A stretch of DNA of 64,000 bases from Babesia bigemina (lineage: Eukaryota). The position numbers and the translations under genes were made by a program. The notes below the pieces were generated by a model, which saw nothing but the letters and a program-made list of their open reading frames with translations, did not search any database and was not told where the DNA came from. The DNA lies in NCBI RefSeq assembly GCF_000981445.1, contig NC_027217.1, positions 1,674,001 through 1,738,000 of the forward strand. Direction: 5' to 3'. Shown here piece by piece: positions 59,398 to 64,000 of this stretch (positions are counted from its first letter, which is position 1; each line of letters begins with the position of its first letter).

Positions 59398-61300
59398 TTA
59401 AATGTCCAAGTACACAGTGCAATGGCCGTATCTCGGTAGAAGTAGTGCGGGACCTGCACATATCGTGGATGACACATAACGTTACACATACCCTTGGACC
59501 ACTCGTCGACTTCCGGTTTGTATATATACGTGGCGTCGGAGACCTGCGTGTTCTGACCGCCCGTCAGTAGAAGCGAGTCGCCGCAGCACGTCAGCGATGT
59601 GTCCATGAGCTCAACCGGCGCTTCCATCAGGTACCGGCTTGCCTGTGAAGTCGAGTTCCACGTTTCCAGAGAGTTGTGGATAGTGTGCATGTTGTCGATT
59701 CCTCCGATGAGGTACAGCTCGTTGTTGTACGCGCAGGCGGCTCCGGCGCTGCGTACCTTAAGCAGCGCGCCGGGCATCGCCTCCCACTTGTTCATGCGTG
59801 GATCATAGCGCTCCACACTCTGCAGCCGCTCCCCGCTGGTGCCTCCCAGCGCGTAGAGCATACCGTTTTGCGGCGCAAGCATGGGAGACGACCGCGGGGT
59901 GGTGAGCGGCGCTAGATGGATCCAGTTGCGCATCCGAACGTCGTACGACTCGACTGAGTCCAACACCGACTGGCCGTCGAACCCCCCAACGCAAAAGAGC
60001 CTGTCACCAAAAGCGCAACCGCCGTTGTTGCGGCGAGCCTTATTCAGCGAGGCGGCGGTGTGCCAAGTGTCACGCAACCTGTCGTACATCTCGGTTTCGC
60101 ACAGGGCCTTGTAGTCGAGGTTGTGGCCGCCAAACGCGTACACGAAATTGTTTAGCGTCCCCGCTCCGAAATACATACGAGCCGTCTGCATCGGCGAACA
60201 GTTGCGCCAGCACATGTTCTCACGGTCGAGCACCTCTACCGCACCGAGAGGCGCACGCCCGTCGTGGCCGCCAAGGCACAGCGCCAGGGGATACGGGCTG
60301 AACTTGATCTTGTAGTAGGCCGCCTCGTTTAGTATAAGCGTGCTCTCCGCGAGGTCCTTGGGGACGGGTAAGCACTCCGGGTTGCGCATGAAGTTCAGGA
60401 TTAGCCTAAACAGCTCGTAGTCACGATCGAGGAAGATGCGACCCTGGCGGTCACGTCCCACCTCGTGGCGGCCGCTGATCAGGTCGGCGAGGAACGACGT
60501 GGGCTGCTTGGCGATCGTGTGTCTAGAGGTCTCGAATACAACGCCGCCGACATTGATGTCAACCATGGTCTGGGTTGCGACCTTGTTGTCCAGCACCTTG
60601 CGCTGGTCCTGCTCGAATAGCTCAACACGTTGGCGCAATTTCGCCGATTCGAGCTGCATGTAGTTCGCGAAAATGTCTTTTTCGTGCTCCAGCTTCTGGC
60701 GCTCCTCCTCAATTCGCCGACGCGATTCCTCGCGTTCGAATTGTACGTGCTTCAGCTGCGACGCTATTTCCTGACCGTGGCGCCGGCGCTCCTCCTGCGA
60801 AACATCAGTTCGGCGAACGAATCACTTACACTCAGCTTCTCAGCCTCCACGAGACGCTCCTGGCGCATACGCTCCACAAATGCCTTACGCTCAGCCTGCA
60901 GCTCCTCAGCGGAGCGCACCAACTCTTCGCGCCGAGCTTTCAGCGATAGTTGCGCCTTGTTCAGCCAGCTTACGAATGCACTGCGCATGTCGCCAACCAT
61001 GTGCTCGAAGTCTTCTGTGCTGCTGAGCGTGTCCACCCTCTCCGGCGGCAAGCGAAGGGGTGCGAGGTCGCTGGACAGCGAGATGGAGCCGACATCTCGT
61101 GCCGATGCTCCCGCTGTAAGGGAAGCCAGCGCGCTGTTAGAAGCCGCATCGAAAGAAGCTTTCGGCACCATAAAGTCTGACGGTGTCCCTATCCAACCCT
61201 TAACGGTAGTAAGCGAGTGGATGTCTAAATCAGACGGCGCCACGGACACTGCGCTCGACGGTAAATCGTGATTCCCCGGAGAATCCGTGTGTTTCTGCAT
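59398..61300 (-). CDS. K13: Kelch13 orthologue (coiled coil-BTB-kelch propeller), 3 exons
   Basis: DFEHMVGDMR..F..WL, coiled coil, BTB INVGG..FETSRHT...GRIFLDRD, six GG kelch repeats. The 38-nt intron 59491-59454 gives the terminal GPALLLPRYGHCTVYLDI*. Confidence 0.93.
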
Positions 61301-62720
61301 CTTACTTTGGATTTATTGGCGGCTGCGGGCCAGCCGCAGAGTACAGCCCATTAAACGCGTACACCTACCTCTGGCGCAGCGCGCACCGCGGACAGCGTCA
61401 TAGGGCAACGCTCGATGCCCTCAATTCAGATAGTGTGTGTGTAACTAAACAACATAGTGGCGGCGTAAATTTTATACTAATGATACAGACGGGCTGGGTG
61501 AACGCATTCAAGTCACAACGAGTTTTCAGCCTCACCGATGTACGATACCCTCACGCCTTAAGCGACCTGCGGGCTACACATGGTGACGTAAATCATATGC
61601 TGATTGCGTGGCGTGTTATGTTGTACAGGGTGTTAAGTATCATGCGAATTACCCGCAGTTGGAATCTGTGTAGTCGGTAGCTAAGCAGTATAATTACACT
61701 TGTATTAGTGATACGCCGATATCAGGCCCATCAAACAGCGATTTTGACACTATAGGAACTTATACGTATTTGATAGTTGGCTCTGGAACTTCGTTCATCA
61801 ACTTCCATTTATTTAGTCGCATTACAGTGTTCTTCCAGTCCTGGTTACGAACGCACTGCTTTTTCACGCGCTAATATGCAATTAACAGATACATTACGTA
61901 CAGTAACGTATGCGAAGATGGATTAGGATCATAGGTTGAAAGCAATTCATGCCTTAAGGACATACTGAGTAGATATCACATTCTCATTGAAATACTGACC
62001 CATAATTATCACCGTGTAATTAGTAAATCTACGCGCATCTCTGTATATTGTGTTATGTAATAACGTGTGGCTTACATGGGCCTTTCGCGTTTACTAAAGT
62101 GCCACCTTTAACGCTGGGACTGACATTTGACGGCGGCTCATATAGCCGTAGTTATATGATTCATGATGACTGTAGTCTTAAACCTACTTCAATAATCAGC
62201 AAATTAATGCCATATCGTATTAGGCAAAACTGCATCACGTAAGTCTAGCGGTTGCTACGATAAAAGATTGAGTTGTTAGGTGCTACAAGCTACTTGTGTT
62301 TAGGCACCTTACAATAGAAGGTGCTATGTAAAGCAGAAACGGGTATAACGCCGTATTCCGCCAGTCAAATGCGATACCTCATACACTGTATGACGTTTTA
62401 AGAAATGTATCCTGTGCTTTACAGACCGCTGATCTTCATGCAACGCCTGCCCGCTCTACGCAGATGAAAATATGCGACGTTGGAACAAGAAGACACCGAA
62501 CCGCGCCATGCAAAACACTACAAAGACAGCAGTAACTGTATTCGCCGTCACTCGACGGTAGCGATTCATGTGAAGAGGGTCGCGTCCCTTGCATCGGAGC
62601 CCACCAGATGTCATTCAGTTGAAATGCACCATGGAGATCCACACGACGCTAATTCAATCAACAACCGGAATCAGCATCAGTTGTTTCAAGCTGAGTGTAC
62701 GGCTGCCACGGCAATCCTAC

Positions 62721-63437
62721 TCAATTGAAAACCCAAAACCCGGCGAGGTTGTGGAGTATGGTAAATACACGTTCATCCACACGTCTCAAAGCCCTGTGTA
62801 CGGGTGCATTCCTGTTGCTAGCTGGGCATTCTGAATCGTCAAAACCGACGGCCTTCAATACCTCTCCCATGCGCTCCTTGGCCGCGGAATCCGACTCATC
62901 TTCGAGTGCTCCGGCGCTCGCAACCTGTAAAGAACGCAAGCCTGTGTACAACATAGGTGCAATTCCCACGAGTACGACTGCACAGGCTTCTGGGTTCTGC
63001 GCGCATGACGAATTCCACGTTGCACTTCGGGTGTAAGCGTCAGGATACTGCTTGTAGAGTTTGCTCTTTTTCAAGAACTTCTCACAACGGCCCACAACAT
63101 GAACTAAGTCCTTCGTCACACTGCTAGCACTGACCTCCGGGCTTTCATCGAGTGCGCCGGGCTTTTTGTTCATAGGCCTGGCCAGCCGATGTAGGAATTC
63201 TTTTACGAAAAACTGTTCGTTCAAACCTTCTTTGTCCAAGAACGTTTTGCAAATGTCGTGTACATTCTGGAGAGCTGTGGACGCTTCAACGCTAACATTA
63301 TCACTTTTGAACAATTGATAAACTGCCTCGCCCATACCCTTGAGGCTCTCGTCAGGGTACCTTCCTTTCAGGGCCAAGAGCCAATCAATGCCTTCCCTGA
63401 AATTGCGAGGAGCGTCAGTCAACGAATTGTGAGCCAT
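62721..63437 (-). CDS. Short VESA1/ves-like Babesia multigene-family protein
   Basis: N-terminal SLTDAPRNFREGIDWLL and CAVVLVGIAPMLYTGL...LKAVGF resemble Babesia ves-family motifs. No TM or signal peptide; lies in AT-richer DNA. Confidence 0.7.
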   Translation of the reverse strand: MAHNSLTDAPRNFREGIDWLLALKGRYPDESLKGMGEAVYQLFKSDNVSVEASTALQNVHDICKTFLDKEGLNEQFFVKEFLHRLARPMNKKPGALDESPEVSASSVTKDLVHVVGRCEKFLKKSKLYKQYPDAYTRSATWNSSCAQNPEACAVVLVGIAPMLYTGLRSLQVASAGALEDESDSAAKERMGEVLKAVGFDDSECPASNRNAPVHRALRRVDERVFTILHNLAGFWVFN

Positions 63438-64000
63438 TTTATAGAGACTCGTTCAATCAAGCGGCTGACGTGAAGGTAGTTTTCGTTAATTTGCATGCCA
63501 GCTTTCAAACTGCTGTGTTAGCGGCTTATCAGCACAAATGACCTCGCCTTCTAAATCACGGGCGTTCAATTGACACATTCAATGCTGTATATACACCAAA
63601 TAGGTGGATTTCGGAAACACGGTGACAACCAGGTTGTAATAGCAGCCAGATCTATCCCATTAACCGGGCATGCAGTGTTCACAACGCATGTCAATGTAAT
63701 ATACAATATTCATACGAGAAAGGCACGTAGTTGGTTTTTCGGTGTAGATATTTTGCAAAGGACATCAGGGCTTATAAATCTTACGGTGGGTAGTGAGTAA
63801 CGTCGTTCATTATGCGCCGCTCCGTGACCGTCAAGGTGCAGAGTGCCCTGGCGGCATCTAGAATCTCTCACAAATATGGCCAAACAGTCCCTTAGCTAGT
63901 TACCACGGCGCTATTATCTCATTGATTGCCAAATAAATATGTGAATGTCTCTCCTACGATTACCCCTTCTGAGATCCTGACCTACAAAAGCGGTTGCTTG

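Noticed and set aside
59328..59453. ORF-track Kelch13 end overlapping UAP by 61 nt
   Set aside because: Artefact of reading through a 38-nt intron. The spliced end (PRYGHCTVYLDI*) matches the K13 family and stops at 59398.
1..64000. tRNA, rRNA or snRNA genes
   Set aside because: No recognisable signatures by eye; a covariance-model scan is needed to exclude them.

Overview
Gene-dense eukaryotic DNA from a piroplasm apicomplexan, most likely a GC-rich Babesia species. This is inferred from myosin A, Kelch13, an ApiAP2 factor, a ves-like gene and many 30-45 nt GT-AG introns; the species cannot be fixed from the sequence alone. About 30 genes can be reconstructed. They include CDC50, RPB1, a stomatin-like protein, organellar L21 and IF-2, DBP10, an Hsp70/DnaK-TPR fusion, a HAD-like/riboflavin kinase, DRG GTPase, RPS13, an HMG-box/histone-fold/PIP-box protein and MyoA. 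Further along are GEX1/KAR5, an MFS transporter, an Angel/CCR4-like phosphatase, CELF-WW, DIS3, PEPCK, ApiAP2, UAP, Kelch13 and a VESA-like protein. The most striking pattern is a set of operon-like same-strand junctions with no room for UTRs or a promoter: Kelch13 stop to UAP ATG 9 nt (in frame), DnaK-TPR stop to an unknown gene 3 nt (in frame), riboflavin kinase overlapping DRG by 14 nt, and MyoA to the HMG gene 49 nt. A 36-bp minisatellite copied from the last 12 codons of DRG continues in frame past its stop. Exon boundaries were derived by eye and family calls by motif recognition; no database searches were run.
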